A stretch of DNA of 64,000 nucleotides, taken from NCBI GenBank assembly GCA_965231215.1, contig OZ246423.1, positions 992,001 through 1,056,000 of the forward strand, written 5' to 3'. This document shows, in pieces, positions 1 to 9,438 of this stretch (the stretch's first letter is position 1; the number at the start of each line of letters is the position of its first letter). The DNA comes from Candidatus Altimarinota bacterium (GTDB taxonomy: Bacteria > Patescibacteriota > Gracilibacteria > UBA4473). The notes beneath the pieces were generated by a model. It saw only the letters and a program-made list of their open reading frames with translations. It had not been told where the DNA came from and made no database searches. The position numbers and the translations under genes are program-made.

Positions 1-247
1 GTAAATTATAGACCTACAAGCAGAAGAAAATTCTGAGGTGTTTTTGTGAGTATATTCCGAGTATAAAATCCGCCAAAATTTTGGAGCTATGCCAAAAGAC
101 GCTTAGCTAAGTTCAACGGCATTGCTTCACACAAGTTTAATTTGCATCTCAAAGATATGTATTTAGATTAAACTATCGTGACCAATATATTTTCCCTATC
201 AATGATTAAAATTCTTAGAAATTTTTAAAATCTGCTAGGCAAAAGCC
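1..247 (+). mobile_element. Internally deleted, degenerate IS1595-family (IS1016-like) transposase remnant, truncated by the window edge
   Basis: Manual translation gives an N-terminal-like KL*TYKQKKILRCFCEYIPSIKSAKIL joined to the C-terminal motif FWSYAKRRLAKFNGIASHKFNLHLK, with stops and frameshifts. Candidate right end tctgctaggcaaaagcc at 231-247. Confidence 0.7.
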
Positions 248-272
248 TTAAATAAAATAATATGATAGAACC

Positions 273-809
273 ATGACAAAAAATTTTCTCACACTCCTCA
301 TATTACTGATGTTAATGGGATGTCAGAATATAATTGAACAAAAAAATTATTCAAAAAATAATCTTAACATAATGGACAAACAAAAAGCTCAAGCTTTCAT
401 TGATCAGGCAACCGATAAATCAGCCGTACCAAAAGAGGTATGGTTGACTTCAGGACTGACAGAAGCCGAGTACCATATTCTTTGGGAAAAAGGGACAGAG
501 CGAGCTGGAACGAGTCCGTTAAATGAAGAAAAGCGTAAAGGAAAATTTGTGACCAAAGCGTGTGGTTTGGAAGTATTCTCATCAGATCACAAGTATGAAT
601 CTGGAACCGGGTGGCCAAGTTTTTGGGAAGCCAATAAAGAAAACATCGTCTTAGAAGAAGATCATTCGTGGGGTATGAAACGAATTGAGGTCAAATCCAA
701 ATGTGGAGAACATTTAGGTCACGTATTTCCAGATGGCCCTTCAGACAAAACGGGGTTGCGGTATTGTATGAATGGTGCCGCTTTGGAGTTTATTCCAGAA
801 AAAGAGTAG
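273..809 (+). CDS. msrB: Peptide-methionine (R)-S-oxide reductase MsrB with a predicted lipoprotein signal
   Basis: Motifs GTERAG, GTGWPSF, HLGHVFPDGP, RYCMNG; N-terminal hydrophobic stretch ending LMGC. Confidence 0.95.
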   Translation: MTKNFLTLLILLMLMGCQNIIEQKNYSKNNLNIMDKQKAQAFIDQATDKSAVPKEVWLTSGLTEAEYHILWEKGTERAGTSPLNEEKRKGKFVTKACGLEVFSSDHKYESGTGWPSFWEANKENIVLEEDHSWGMKRIEVKSKCGEHLGHVFPDGPSDKTGLRYCMNGAALEFIPEKE

Positions 810-893
810 TATTGACTACAAGCTGTGCTTGGTAAAATTTTAATTTTAAATAGCTTAAAATTAGCTCTTTTAGACTCTAGCTAGAAGGAGGCC

Positions 894-1220
894 GTGATGG
901 ATTTGATCATCTCAACTATATTTTGCTATATAGTTTTAAAAATCCTGGCCTCACTTTATGGTTGGGCCAGTAGAGTGTATGAGTTTATTCACCAAAAATC
1001 GCCTTTTTGGGCAAATTTGGTTGAAAACATACTCATAGCGGTAACGTCTTTTACTTATATTCATCAAATTATTTCAGGAATATATGGTTCTTGGACAGGA
1101 GAATTTATTTGGTTTGTGTGGGCGAGTTGGATTTCATTCGTCTATCCACAGTGGGCCATGACCGCTGTCTGCGTAGAAATATTAAGAAGACGCTACCTCT
1201 ACCAAAGGCGGAAATCATGA
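894..1220 (+). CDS. Small hypothetical membrane protein
   Basis: 108-aa ORF with about 3 hydrophobic segments; aaggagg just upstream; TTGACT-15-TAAAAT at 812-838. Confidence 0.6.
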   Translation: MMDLIISTIFCYIVLKILASLYGWASRVYEFIHQKSPFWANLVENILIAVTSFTYIHQIISGIYGSWTGEFIWFVWASWISFVYPQWAMTAVCVEILRRRYLYQRRKS

Positions 1221-1264
1221 AAATGATTCCGCCTTTTTATCTAAATATTCTATGATCTATTGGA

Positions 1265-2542
1265 ATGAAAAAAGTAGCTTTTTTAATGCTCATTTTGAGC
1301 CTCTTTTACGGGACATCAGTTCAATCTGCAGACTATCAAATACGCCAAGGAAGTACTTTGGAAATCCTATTTCCGGTGCATTTGGCGACTAAAATTTCAG
1401 GCACTTTAGAAGGACAGCCGCTTCTTTTTTCAGTGATCCGCAAAAATCCAGGCACCGATGAAGTCATTACTCGTGGTGAATTTATGCATCTGTTGTATCC
1501 TTTTCTTTTAGAAAAAAAGACTGATTTTGCCAGCAGTAATTTTCCAGATGTCCCAAGAAATCATCCTTATTATGACGCGATTAAAAAAGCCGCAGATTAC
1601 CAGATTGTGAATGGATATGTAGATGGCAGATTTGGAGCCGAAGATACTTTGACCCGGGCTCAAGCAGCTAAAATTATAATGAAGGCTTTCCCACTGTTTA
1701 GTACGACAGAAACAGCTAAAAATTTTCCAGATATGGACGATACTCATCCGCTAAAAGTGTTTGTAGATCAGGCAGTTGAGGCTGGAATTTTTAAAGGCTA
1801 TCCAGATGGAAATTTTCGTCCAAACCAAGCCCTCTCTATTGCTGAAGCACAGATTATTATTCGAAGAGGCCTCCTTTTAGAAGTGAAGTTTCCGGCCTTA
1901 GAAAAATTTTATTGGCGGTCTCTGGTAGGAATTTCTCGGCTTAAACCAGCCAGGAAAGTGGCATTAAACCTAAATCTAGCCGGAACGTCTAAGAGCACCG
2001 TTGTAGAAATTTTACCTCGAAAGTTTGAGGAAAAATCTTTTACTATTACTCCCCAAAAAGACAAATTGCTTGAAAAAGAGGTCTTTGATAATACGTGGGA
2101 TATTATAAATGCTGCACGAAAGAACTCCCATCCCAAACAACTCTGGGAAGGGACATTCATAGTCCCAACCACTGGGGTAAAGACGCTGGGCTATGGGGAT
2201 CAATTAACCATTAATGGTAAACCTTCAGGATCTCACTTTGGTCATGATTATGCCAATGAAACGGGCACGCCAGTATACGCAGCTAATCATGGAAAAGTAG
2301 TATTAGCTCAAAACACACCATCCTTTGGAAATACTATCATGATTGATCACGGACAAAAGGTTTTCACCATGTATCTACACAACTGGCGGATGCAGGCAAA
2401 AGTGGGGGATATGGTAAAAAAAGGGCAGCTCATTGCCCAAATGGGAACAACGGGAATCTCTACTGGACCCCACTTACATTACAGCCACTGGGTAGGAGAT
2501 ACTATTGTGGATGGAGAGGAATGGTTTGCGAAAGAGTATTAA
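1265..2542 (+). CDS. Secreted SLH-domain M23 family peptidase
   Basis: Signal peptide; SLH repeats (ITRGEF, FPDVP..GY.DGRF..LTRAQAA, GYPDGNFRPN); M23 motifs HFGHDY and STGPHLHY. Confidence 0.9.
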   Translation: MKKVAFLMLILSLFYGTSVQSADYQIRQGSTLEILFPVHLATKISGTLEGQPLLFSVIRKNPGTDEVITRGEFMHLLYPFLLEKKTDFASSNFPDVPRNHPYYDAIKKAADYQIVNGYVDGRFGAEDTLTRAQAAKIIMKAFPLFSTTETAKNFPDMDDTHPLKVFVDQAVEAGIFKGYPDGNFRPNQALSIAEAQIIIRRGLLLEVKFPALEKFYWRSLVGISRLKPARKVALNLNLAGTSKSTVVEILPRKFEEKSFTITPQKDKLLEKEVFDNTWDIINAARKNSHPKQLWEGTFIVPTTGVKTLGYGDQLTINGKPSGSHFGHDYANETGTPVYAANHGKVVLAQNTPSFGNTIMIDHGQKVFTMYLHNWRMQAKVGDMVKKGQLIAQMGTTGISTGPHLHYSHWVGDTIVDGEEWFAKEY

Positions 2543-2683
2543 GGGCATGTAAGTTCTCCTAATAAGCCTTTTTCAGTCAATTGATCTGTACTCATTTTTT
2601 CTGACATTCTAATTTTTATTGAATATTGAATAAAAATTGTCAACCTTGCTTTTCCCTCCAAAATTTCTAACATCTTCTGCGAT

Positions 2684-4378
2684 ATGTCTGATCTAAAAAA
2701 ACGTAGTCGGGTGGTCACAGAAGGCCCTTCAAGAGCCCCAAACAGAGCGATGCTCCGAGCCGTGGGAATGTCTGATGCAGATTTTGAAAAGCCCTTAATT
2801 GGAGTTGCTAGTGGCTGGAGCCAAACCACGCCTTGCAATGCGCATCTCAATACCTTAGCCGAACAAGTCTGTATTGGAATCTATGAAGCCGGTGGATTTC
2901 CTCAGACTTTTGGTTACCCAACGGCCTCTGATGGAATTGGTATGGGGCACGAAGGGATGCGGTACAGCCTTCCTTCTAGAGAGCTCATCGCCGACTGTAT
3001 TGATATGATGGTGGGAGGTTCTAGGTTTGATGGATTTATTGGGCTTGGAGGGTGTGACAAAAACATGCCAGGGAATCTTATGGCCATGGGAAGGTTGGAT
3101 ATACCTTCTATATTTTTATATGGAGGAACGATCTCTCCAGGAGTGTATAAGGGACAAGATATTGATATTGTCTCCATCTTTGAAGCTGTAGGAAAATATC
3201 AATGTGGACTTATTGATGAAGAAGAACTCACTCAAGTAGAGCAAAAATCAATCCCCACACATGGCTCTTGTGGAGGGATGTATACGGCCAATACTATGGC
3301 CTCTTGTATTGAGGCGATGGGCTTGAGTCTGCCAGGATCTTCCTCTATTCCAGGCACCAAATCAGCGAAACTTATTGATGCTCGAGAAGCAGGAAAAGCT
3401 ATTTACAACGCTCTAGTCCAAGACCTCACTGCTCGAAAAATTATGACCAAAGAGGCTTTTGAGAATGGGATTGTTACGGCGTTAGCATTGGGAGGCTCAA
3501 CGAATCTAGTGTTGCATCTGCTTGCAGCGGCGCATGAAACGGGTGTAGATTTAACTCTGGCTGATTTCAATCGAATCGGAGAAAAAGTCCCGCACATTGC
3601 AGATCTCAAACCAGGAGGAAAATATGTGATGGAAGACCTTTATAATGTTGGAGGCGTACCAGCACTCATGAAAGTTTTATTAAAAGAAGGGCTTTTGCAT
3701 GGTGAGGCGTTAACCATCACTGGTAAATCTCTGGCTGAAAATTTAGAAACTCAAACCGATCTTGCTGAAGGTCAAAAAGTAATCTTAGGCTTTGATAAAG
3801 CGCTTAAAGAAACGGCTCCTATTAAAGTACTACGAGGAAATCTAGCGCCAGGAGGATCCGTGCTTAAAACTACAGGGCTCAAAGTAACCAATATCACCGG
3901 ACCAGCTAGAGTTTTTGAATGTGAAGAAGACTGTTTTGAAGCCGTCAAAAATAAAGAAATCCAAGCTGGAGACGTAATCGTTATCCGAAACGAAGGCCCC
4001 AAAGGAGGTCCTGGAATGAGAGAAATGTTAGCCGTTACAGCCGCCCTTTGTGGACAAGGACTAGGGGAATCTGTGGGACTCTTAACTGACGGACGGTTTA
4101 GTGGAGGAACTCATGGACTGGTAGTAGGGCATGTAGCACCAGAAGCCGCCTTAGGTGGACCAATTGCAGCTGTAAAAAATGGAGACAGGGTGACTATTTC
4201 AGAAGCCAAGGCTGAACTCTCTGTAGACCTCAGTGATGAAGTAATAGCTGAACGTATTGCGGCCTACTCACCAAAAACAGATAACTACAACACTGGATTT
4301 ATCGGCAAGTATAGAACCTTAGTGGGTTCAGCTGAGACTGGGGCGGTTACCAGTGACTTTAATGAAAACCCTTCCTAG
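2684..4378 (+). CDS. ilvD: Dihydroxy-acid dehydratase
   Basis: [54 protein letters not shown]. Confidence 0.97.
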   Translation: MSDLKKRSRVVTEGPSRAPNRAMLRAVGMSDADFEKPLIGVASGWSQTTPCNAHLNTLAEQVCIGIYEAGGFPQTFGYPTASDGIGMGHEGMRYSLPSRELIADCIDMMVGGSRFDGFIGLGGCDKNMPGNLMAMGRLDIPSIFLYGGTISPGVYKGQDIDIVSIFEAVGKYQCGLIDEEELTQVEQKSIPTHGSCGGMYTANTMASCIEAMGLSLPGSSSIPGTKSAKLIDAREAGKAIYNALVQDLTARKIMTKEAFENGIVTALALGGSTNLVLHLLAAAHETGVDLTLADFNRIGEKVPHIADLKPGGKYVMEDLYNVGGVPALMKVLLKEGLLHGEALTITGKSLAENLETQTDLAEGQKVILGFDKALKETAPIKVLRGNLAPGGSVLKTTGLKVTNITGPARVFECEEDCFEAVKNKEIQAGDVIVIRNEGPKGGPGMREMLAVTAALCGQGLGESVGLLTDGRFSGGTHGLVVGHVAPEAALGGPIAAVKNGDRVTISEAKAELSVDLSDEVIAERIAAYSPKTDNYNTGFIGKYRTLVGSAETGAVTSDFNENPS

Positions 4379-4380
4379 AC

Positions 4381-4412
4381 AAAAAAGGGCGCCTTACCGG
4401 AGTAAAACGCCC
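4381..4412 (-). terminator. Intrinsic terminator for the minus-strand thioredoxin gene
   Basis: On the minus strand GGGCGUUUUAC-UCCG-GUAAGGCGCCC is followed by U6. Confidence 0.75.
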
Positions 4413-4451
4413 ACATTTCTATTCTTTCCCTAAATTAAGAATAGCTATAGA

Positions 4452-5024
4452 TTATTCAGCAAAGAAAGCGGCAATTGATTCTAGACTTGGGTCTCCTTCC
4501 TTTTTGAAGACGGTTCCATCAGCATTGATAAAAACAGCAGTTGATTGCTTAGTTACCCCATATTTTTTAACCATTTCTGGGTTAGAATCGTAGTCAATTT
4601 TAAGGATTTGTACGTTATCAGCCATTGTTCCCAAAGTTTCTTGTACCTTTTTTTCCCATTTTGCGCAGGTTCCACACCATTCAGCATGGAAGAAAAGAAT
4701 GTGTTTTTTACCCTCTCCAGCTTCTGGGCTGTAGTCAGTGTATGAAGCGGAAAGTGATTCCATAGCATTGTCAGCTTCTTCTTTTATTTCCATTACTTTT
4801 TCTCCGGCCTCTTCCATCATTTCTTTGCCTTCTTCCATAACTTCACCAGTCTTTTCCATCATAGCATCACCGGTTTCTTCAGCCTTTTCCATTACGTCTT
4901 TTCCGACGTCTGTTACCGCTTCGGTAGCGGTGTTTACGGTTTCTTTCATTTTTTTTGCGCCTTCATGTTGACAAGCGGTCACAGTGAGGGCGAGGAGGAA
5001 TACAAATACGAGGTTTCGTTTCAT
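4452..5024 (-). CDS. Thioredoxin-domain lipoprotein with a Met/Glu/Lys-rich linker
   Basis: Lipobox TVTAC; repetitive MEK/MEE linker; FFHAEWCGTC thioredoxin motif. Confidence 0.88.
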   Translation of the reverse strand: MKRNLVFVFLLALTVTACQHEGAKKMKETVNTATEAVTDVGKDVMEKAEETGDAMMEKTGEVMEEGKEMMEEAGEKVMEIKEEADNAMESLSASYTDYSPEAGEGKKHILFFHAEWCGTCAKWEKKVQETLGTMADNVQILKIDYDSNPEMVKKYGVTKQSTAVFINADGTVFKKEGDPSLESIAAFFAE

Positions 5025-5102
5025 GTTTTTGTAAATTAAAAATTAGTACAGACTGATCTTAACAATCAATAAACTGAAGTAAAAACTTTATGGTTGCCTA
5101 AA

Positions 5103-5597
5103 CTACAAATCTTGTAAATTAAATGAAGCTTCTTCTGCTGGAGGAGTAGGTTCTTTATCAGCAAAAATTTCTTGAAGTATAGTACGAGTATTGTTTCTAT
5201 CAGCATCAGTCATTTCTTTTCCCAGAAAGAGATAAATAGGAGCATTTAGTGCTTTGTGAACGACTACGGTCAAGTCATCTTGAGCCGAATAGAGCCAGGC
5301 TTCATCACTCCCGCTTAAGTTCCATTCATCATCGGGTGGGATGTCTCCAGCTGGAGTAAGATCTGTAAAAATGGTCTGAACGGTCTCCATGCTATCGGGT
5401 TCGAGACTGTGTACGATATCATCGATTTGGCCTACTTTTTCCATAAGACTCGCCACTTCTTCGGTTGGATTTTCGAGTGGGTCGACGGGGGTTTCAAAGC
5501 CTTTTTCTAGAGGTCTTTTATAATCGGCTCCTTTCTTCTCACAGGCAGTTACAAAGAGAACGGAAAATACCATTAAGGCCGTTAAAAAGATTTTCAT
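5103..5597 (-). CDS. Hypothetical lipoprotein
   Basis: Lipobox FVTAC; acidic soluble remainder. Confidence 0.75.
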   Translation of the reverse strand: MKIFLTALMVFSVLFVTACEKKGADYKRPLEKGFETPVDPLENPTEEVASLMEKVGQIDDIVHSLEPDSMETVQTIFTDLTPAGDIPPDDEWNLSGSDEAWLYSAQDDLTVVVHKALNAPIYLFLGKEMTDADRNNTRTILQEIFADKEPTPPAEEASFNLQDL

Positions 5598-5642
5598 ATA
5601 AAAAAGTTTAAATCACAACATACTTTATAGATATTGGCAGCA

Positions 5643-6356
5643 TTAAACAAGGCCGGCTTCTAAAAAAGAAAAGTAGTCATCACGGCCGATAATGACATGG
5701 TCTTGAACTTTTATCTGATGCAAGTCCCAGGCGCCTTGTTTAATTTTTAAAGTCCATGATACATCAGCTTCACTGGGCTTGGCTGTCTCATTAGGATGAT
5801 TATGGACAATGATAATTTTTTTCACGCCTAACCAGATGGCGGACCGTAGAATGTCTGAAGGAAAAACCTGCACTTCATCTTGAGTTCCTAAGGCTGTTAA
5901 CTCTTGATAGGTACACACATTTTGTTGATCTACATGGAGGACGTAGCAGTGTTCTTGTTTCGCTTTTTTTAAGCCCTTGAAGCGGTTAAAAACTTTATGG
6001 GGTTCACTCACATCAAATGTATCAAAGCTTCCGTGGAGTCTTCGGCATATCTCGGAAACCGTCACCAGAGTTTCAGCGTGGCTTTTGTAGATTTCATAAT
6101 TTTCTTGTAGGTCTGGGCTTGATTTTTGGTGGAAAAGCCCCTTAAAACCAGCTTCGGCTACGAGCCGTTTAGAAAGTTGGGCCACATCTTCAAAATATCC
6201 CCCTTTATGGCGTTCTCCAGTCCTCAGAAGCAAGGCCACAAGCTCCCAAAGTTGCAGGGATTGTGGGCCAAATTTTGCCAATTTTTCACGAGGTTTGAAG
6301 CTGTCTGGGAGAGCTTTAAATTCACTCTCAAATTTTAAAGATTTAGTTTTCTTCAC
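5643..6356 (-). CDS. radC: RadC/JAB-domain protein (UPF0758)
   Basis: N-terminal PREKL..G...L...EL.ALLLRTG; JAB motif HNHP....PS.AD and DHVIIG. Confidence 0.9.
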   Translation of the reverse strand: MKKTKSLKFESEFKALPDSFKPREKLAKFGPQSLQLWELVALLLRTGERHKGGYFEDVAQLSKRLVAEAGFKGLFHQKSSPDLQENYEIYKSHAETLVTVSEICRRLHGSFDTFDVSEPHKVFNRFKGLKKAKQEHCYVLHVDQQNVCTYQELTALGTQDEVQVFPSDILRSAIWLGVKKIIIVHNHPNETAKPSEADVSWTLKIKQGAWDLHQIKVQDHVIIGRDDYFSFLEAGLV

Positions 6357-6756
6357 TCTTTTGGTATGCCTCTAAAGCCTTGAGTTGTCTAATCTCATTT
6401 TTAATAAAATCTTCATCAAAATTAAGTTTTCTCAGGCTTTCAGCAATTTGTTCCAGAGAATTTAAATTTGATTTGGTAGGCTGTTTTCCACTTTTAAGGA
6501 CGTAAGGCTGAGTCAATTCTGGGGGGAAGAAATAACTAATTGGAACCTGAAAAAATTCAGAAATTTTGGCCAGACGAGATATTTTTAGAGTGGCCTTGCC
6601 TTCCAAGAGTCTTTGAGCTCGTAAATAGCGTTGCTGGGGAGACTCTTTTTTGTTGTCGCTAATGATTTGGCCTAATTCAGTTTTAGGAATGCGTTTATCT
6701 TTTCTGAGCTTTTCAATGCGGTTAAGGACGTAACGGTCAATTTTAGTAAGGGGCAT
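6343..6756 (-). CDS. XRE-family helix-turn-helix regulator
   Basis: RIEKLRKDKRIPKTELG...LEG....ISRLAKISEFFQVPISYFF pattern; overlaps the radC start. Confidence 0.75.
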   Translation of the reverse strand: MPLTKIDRYVLNRIEKLRKDKRIPKTELGQIISDNKKESPQQRYLRAQRLLEGKATLKISRLAKISEFFQVPISYFFPPELTQPYVLKSGKQPTKSNLNSLEQIAESLRKLNFDEDFIKNEIRQLKALEAYQKSEEN

Positions 6757-6891
6757 AAAAAATGTGTTTATCTATCAAAAAAGCTTTATTAAAAAGCCAT
6801 AAAAAACAAACCTCAAAAAAGAAATATTTATATCTCAAAAAAGATTTATAAAATAGAGATTATGCTTTATAATTATAAGACTTAATTCTAT

Positions 6892-7053
6892 ATGAAAAAC
6901 CAAGAATTTGGTTCTGATATCAAGCAAATACTCACTCAAATGTGTGAACAGCTTGATATATTAGAACAAAAAACAAGTGCTGATCTAAGAGAAATACAAT
7001 ACTTAAAAAACCTGATAGAAATACTGCAACATCAACTAAAAAAAATTATTTAG
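6892..7053 (+). CDS. Small 53-aa coiled-coil-like protein divergent from the HTH gene (not in the ORF track)
   Basis: Manual translation MKNQEFGSDIKQILTQMCEQLDILEQKTSADLREIQYLKNLIEILQHQLKKII*; fills the gap and has TATAAT upstream. Confidence 0.55.
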   Translation: MKNQEFGSDIKQILTQMCEQLDILEQKTSADLREIQYLKNLIEILQHQLKKII

Positions 7054-7423
7054 CTTTTTTATGTTTTCCAACTATATGTTCGTGCTTGGCTTCAATCTCT
7101 TGGATTTCATGGATTTCTTTGAGCATGAAGTGAGTGAGTACAATTCGAATAATCACCACGGTGATAAGGCTGGCCAGGTCTTCCCAAAAGGCTTCACCAG
7201 TATCAAGTAGAATAGTGTCAATAATATCTTTTCCCACCAAAAAATCGAGCCCTAGTACTAGATGAGTTCCCAGTATTAGTCTTACTCGATGAAAGTTACT
7301 TTCATGTAGAAAAATGTATCCATAAAGTCCTCGCATGGCTCCAACAATGATCACAGCGATTCCGATCAATCCAATAAAGAGGGAAAAATCAGCCACTAGA
7401 CCGAGGATAAGTTCTTTTGTCAT
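7046..7423 (-). CDS. DUF1622-family membrane protein
   Basis: R..LG..LVLGLDFLVGKDII.T and VIIRIVL pattern; about 3 TM segments. Confidence 0.8.
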   Translation of the reverse strand: MTKELILGLVADFSLFIGLIGIAVIIVGAMRGLYGYIFLHESNFHRVRLILGTHLVLGLDFLVGKDIIDTILLDTGEAFWEDLASLITVVIIRIVLTHFMLKEIHEIQEIEAKHEHIVGKHKKAK

Positions 7424-7461
7424 CGGTCAATTCTATCACAAAGAACCCCTTTTGGCAACGT

Positions 7462-8205
7462 TTAGAAGACCACAGTTTCTACGACTTCACAGTTTTGATT
7501 TACCCAATTCATGTCAAATTCAGCCACTTCTCGCCTTTCTCCTTTATAGATAAAGTACTCTCGTGAAACGTCACTTTTATCTACTCCAATGGTGGGCATT
7601 TGATTAATAATTTTTTCTTCTGGGCAGAGTCTGAGTTTGGTGTAGACTTTGCCTTCACAGCTTCTTTGGCAGTCCCGTAGGCTGTTGAATGGCATTTCAG
7701 CGCCACATCCATAAAAGGCAATGTCTTCGCATTTCTCAGTTTCTTGGTTTTTAAACGCTCCCTGGAAGAAGGTGTTACAGTTTCCAATACTCAAGGCCTC
7801 TACTTCACAATTATTTACGACGTTTGGGTCTCGATCGCATAACCCTTCATGAAGCACTTCAGCTCCCCGCCTTCGGGCTTCACACTCATTAAGGTATCCA
7901 TTTTTATTTCGTCCTTTTTGGGCACAAACTGGTTTTTGTTCTTTTGAGCATTTCAAGGTTTTATCTACCACTGTTTCGACACAAATTCCTTCCGCTGAGG
8001 TTTGTGAGTTTTGCTTACATTCAAGCCCGACTCCACAGATAGCATCTTCAATGCCGCAGGCTTCGCCTAGAGTAGATACTTTTTCAGGTCTTTCTGTACT
8101 TACTCCTTGTTCTAGAGGCGTAACTGAAATTTGGGAGGCCTCGTCTTTTGGGGTTTCGCAGGCAAAAACAAACGGAGCGAGAAACAGTATTAAATATTTT
8201 TTCAT
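7462..8205 (-). CDS. Cys-rich lipoprotein with Kazal and Kunitz/BPTI protease-inhibitor modules
   Basis: Probable start MKKY with lipobox VFAC; Kazal CSKEQKPVC...YLNECEA....EVLHEGLC; six-Cys Kunitz pattern ending YGCG..PFNSLRDCQRSC. Confidence 0.8.
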   Translation of the reverse strand: MKKYLILFLAPFVFACETPKDEASQISVTPLEQGVSTERPEKVSTLGEACGIEDAICGVGLECKQNSQTSAEGICVETVVDKTLKCSKEQKPVCAQKGRNKNGYLNECEARRRGAEVLHEGLCDRDPNVVNNCEVEALSIGNCNTFFQGAFKNQETEKCEDIAFYGCGAEMPFNSLRDCQRSCEGKVYTKLRLCPEEKIINQMPTIGVDKSDVSREYFIYKGERREVAEFDMNWVNQNCEVVETVVF

Positions 8206-8395
8206 CGTTCCGTACTGTAGAGGTCTTAAAATTTTTGACAAGAGTTAGCAATCTTGAAAATTAAAAAATTATGCATCATGAGCTAACTTTTAGAATCTAA
8301 AAATGTAGCCGATTAGGAACTGTTGTTGAGGCTAAAAAGGTTTGATTTTAGGCCTTAAAAGAGGTATAATAGCTCAATTTTTAACGCTTAAAACT

Positions 8396-9403
8396 ATGTC
8401 ACCAAAAGATTGGGGTAGAGAAGATTCATGCACAGTAAACTTTTCACCTCCGTATCCAGAAGTATTTGATACTATTATTATTGGAGCGGGGCCGGCAGGG
8501 ATGACGGCTGCTATTTATGCCGCTCGAAGAAAAATGAAGATTCTCCTTATCTGTGGAAATATAGGCGGACAAATGAACTACTGTAATGATATCTCTAACT
8601 GGACAGGCGTGGCACAATCTACTGGACCGAATCTTCGAGATCAGTTTTTTTCTCATGTAAAGAAAGTAGATGATGACAATGCTCATTTTGATCTGTGGGT
8701 AAGAGAAGATGAAAGAGTCCAACATATCACTCAAAATGATGAAGGGGTCTTTGCCATTACTACAGAAAAAAAGAATACTTTTGTGACAAAAACAGTGGTA
8801 TGTACTTCAGGAAAGAAACCTCGAACTTTACAGATTCCAGGGGAGCAAACAGCCATGAAGGGGAATGGTCTTTCTTTTTCTGCAACTCAGGATGCGCCGC
8901 TCTACAAAGATAAAAAAATGGTAATTATCGGAGGAGGAAACTCCGCTATGGATGTGGCTATGCAGCTAGATAAGTTTACTGATGATATTACCCTCATGAC
9001 CAATCTGGATCATCTTATTGGGGAGGCTTGCCTAGCCGAAAAAGTAAAAAAGGCAGATCACATTGAAGTTAAATACAATATTGCGGTAAAAGAAATTCTC
9101 TTAGATGATAATGATAAGGTACGAGGGGTTGTGTATTCAGAAGATGGCAGTAAGGATCAAACGATTGAATGTGAAGGAATTTTTGAAGAGATTGGTCAGA
9201 CTCCAGCCACTAAGTTTTTAGAGGGGTTTGTAGATCTGAACGATCAAGGTGAAATTGTGGTAGATAAAGTGATGAATACTTCTCGAGAAGGATTTTTTGC
9301 AGCCGGAGACTGTAACGATGGATATCACAAACAAGTTATCGTTGCGGCTGGAGAAGGAGCCATCGCAGCGCTGCAAGCACATGAGTATTTGTTGAAAAAT
9401 TAG
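8396..9403 (+). CDS. Thioredoxin reductase/AhpF-like FAD oxidoreductase lacking the CxxC motif
   Basis: GAGPAG, GGQ, GGGNSA, GFFAAGD, KQVIVAAGEG; the CATC position reads SATQ. Start taken at ATG 8396. Confidence 0.88.
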   Translation: MSPKDWGREDSCTVNFSPPYPEVFDTIIIGAGPAGMTAAIYAARRKMKILLICGNIGGQMNYCNDISNWTGVAQSTGPNLRDQFFSHVKKVDDDNAHFDLWVREDERVQHITQNDEGVFAITTEKKNTFVTKTVVCTSGKKPRTLQIPGEQTAMKGNGLSFSATQDAPLYKDKKMVIIGGGNSAMDVAMQLDKFTDDITLMTNLDHLIGEACLAEKVKKADHIEVKYNIAVKEILLDDNDKVRGVVYSEDGSKDQTIECEGIFEEIGQTPATKFLEGFVDLNDQGEIVVDKVMNTSREGFFAAGDCNDGYHKQVIVAAGEGAIAALQAHEYLLKN

Positions 9404-9438
9404 GATAGTTTTTTTGAGGCAACTGAATATTTTTGTGG

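Noticed and set aside
2539-2850. 103-aa minus-strand ORF overlapping the ilvD start
   Set aside because: Largely antisense to ilvD; no coding evidence.
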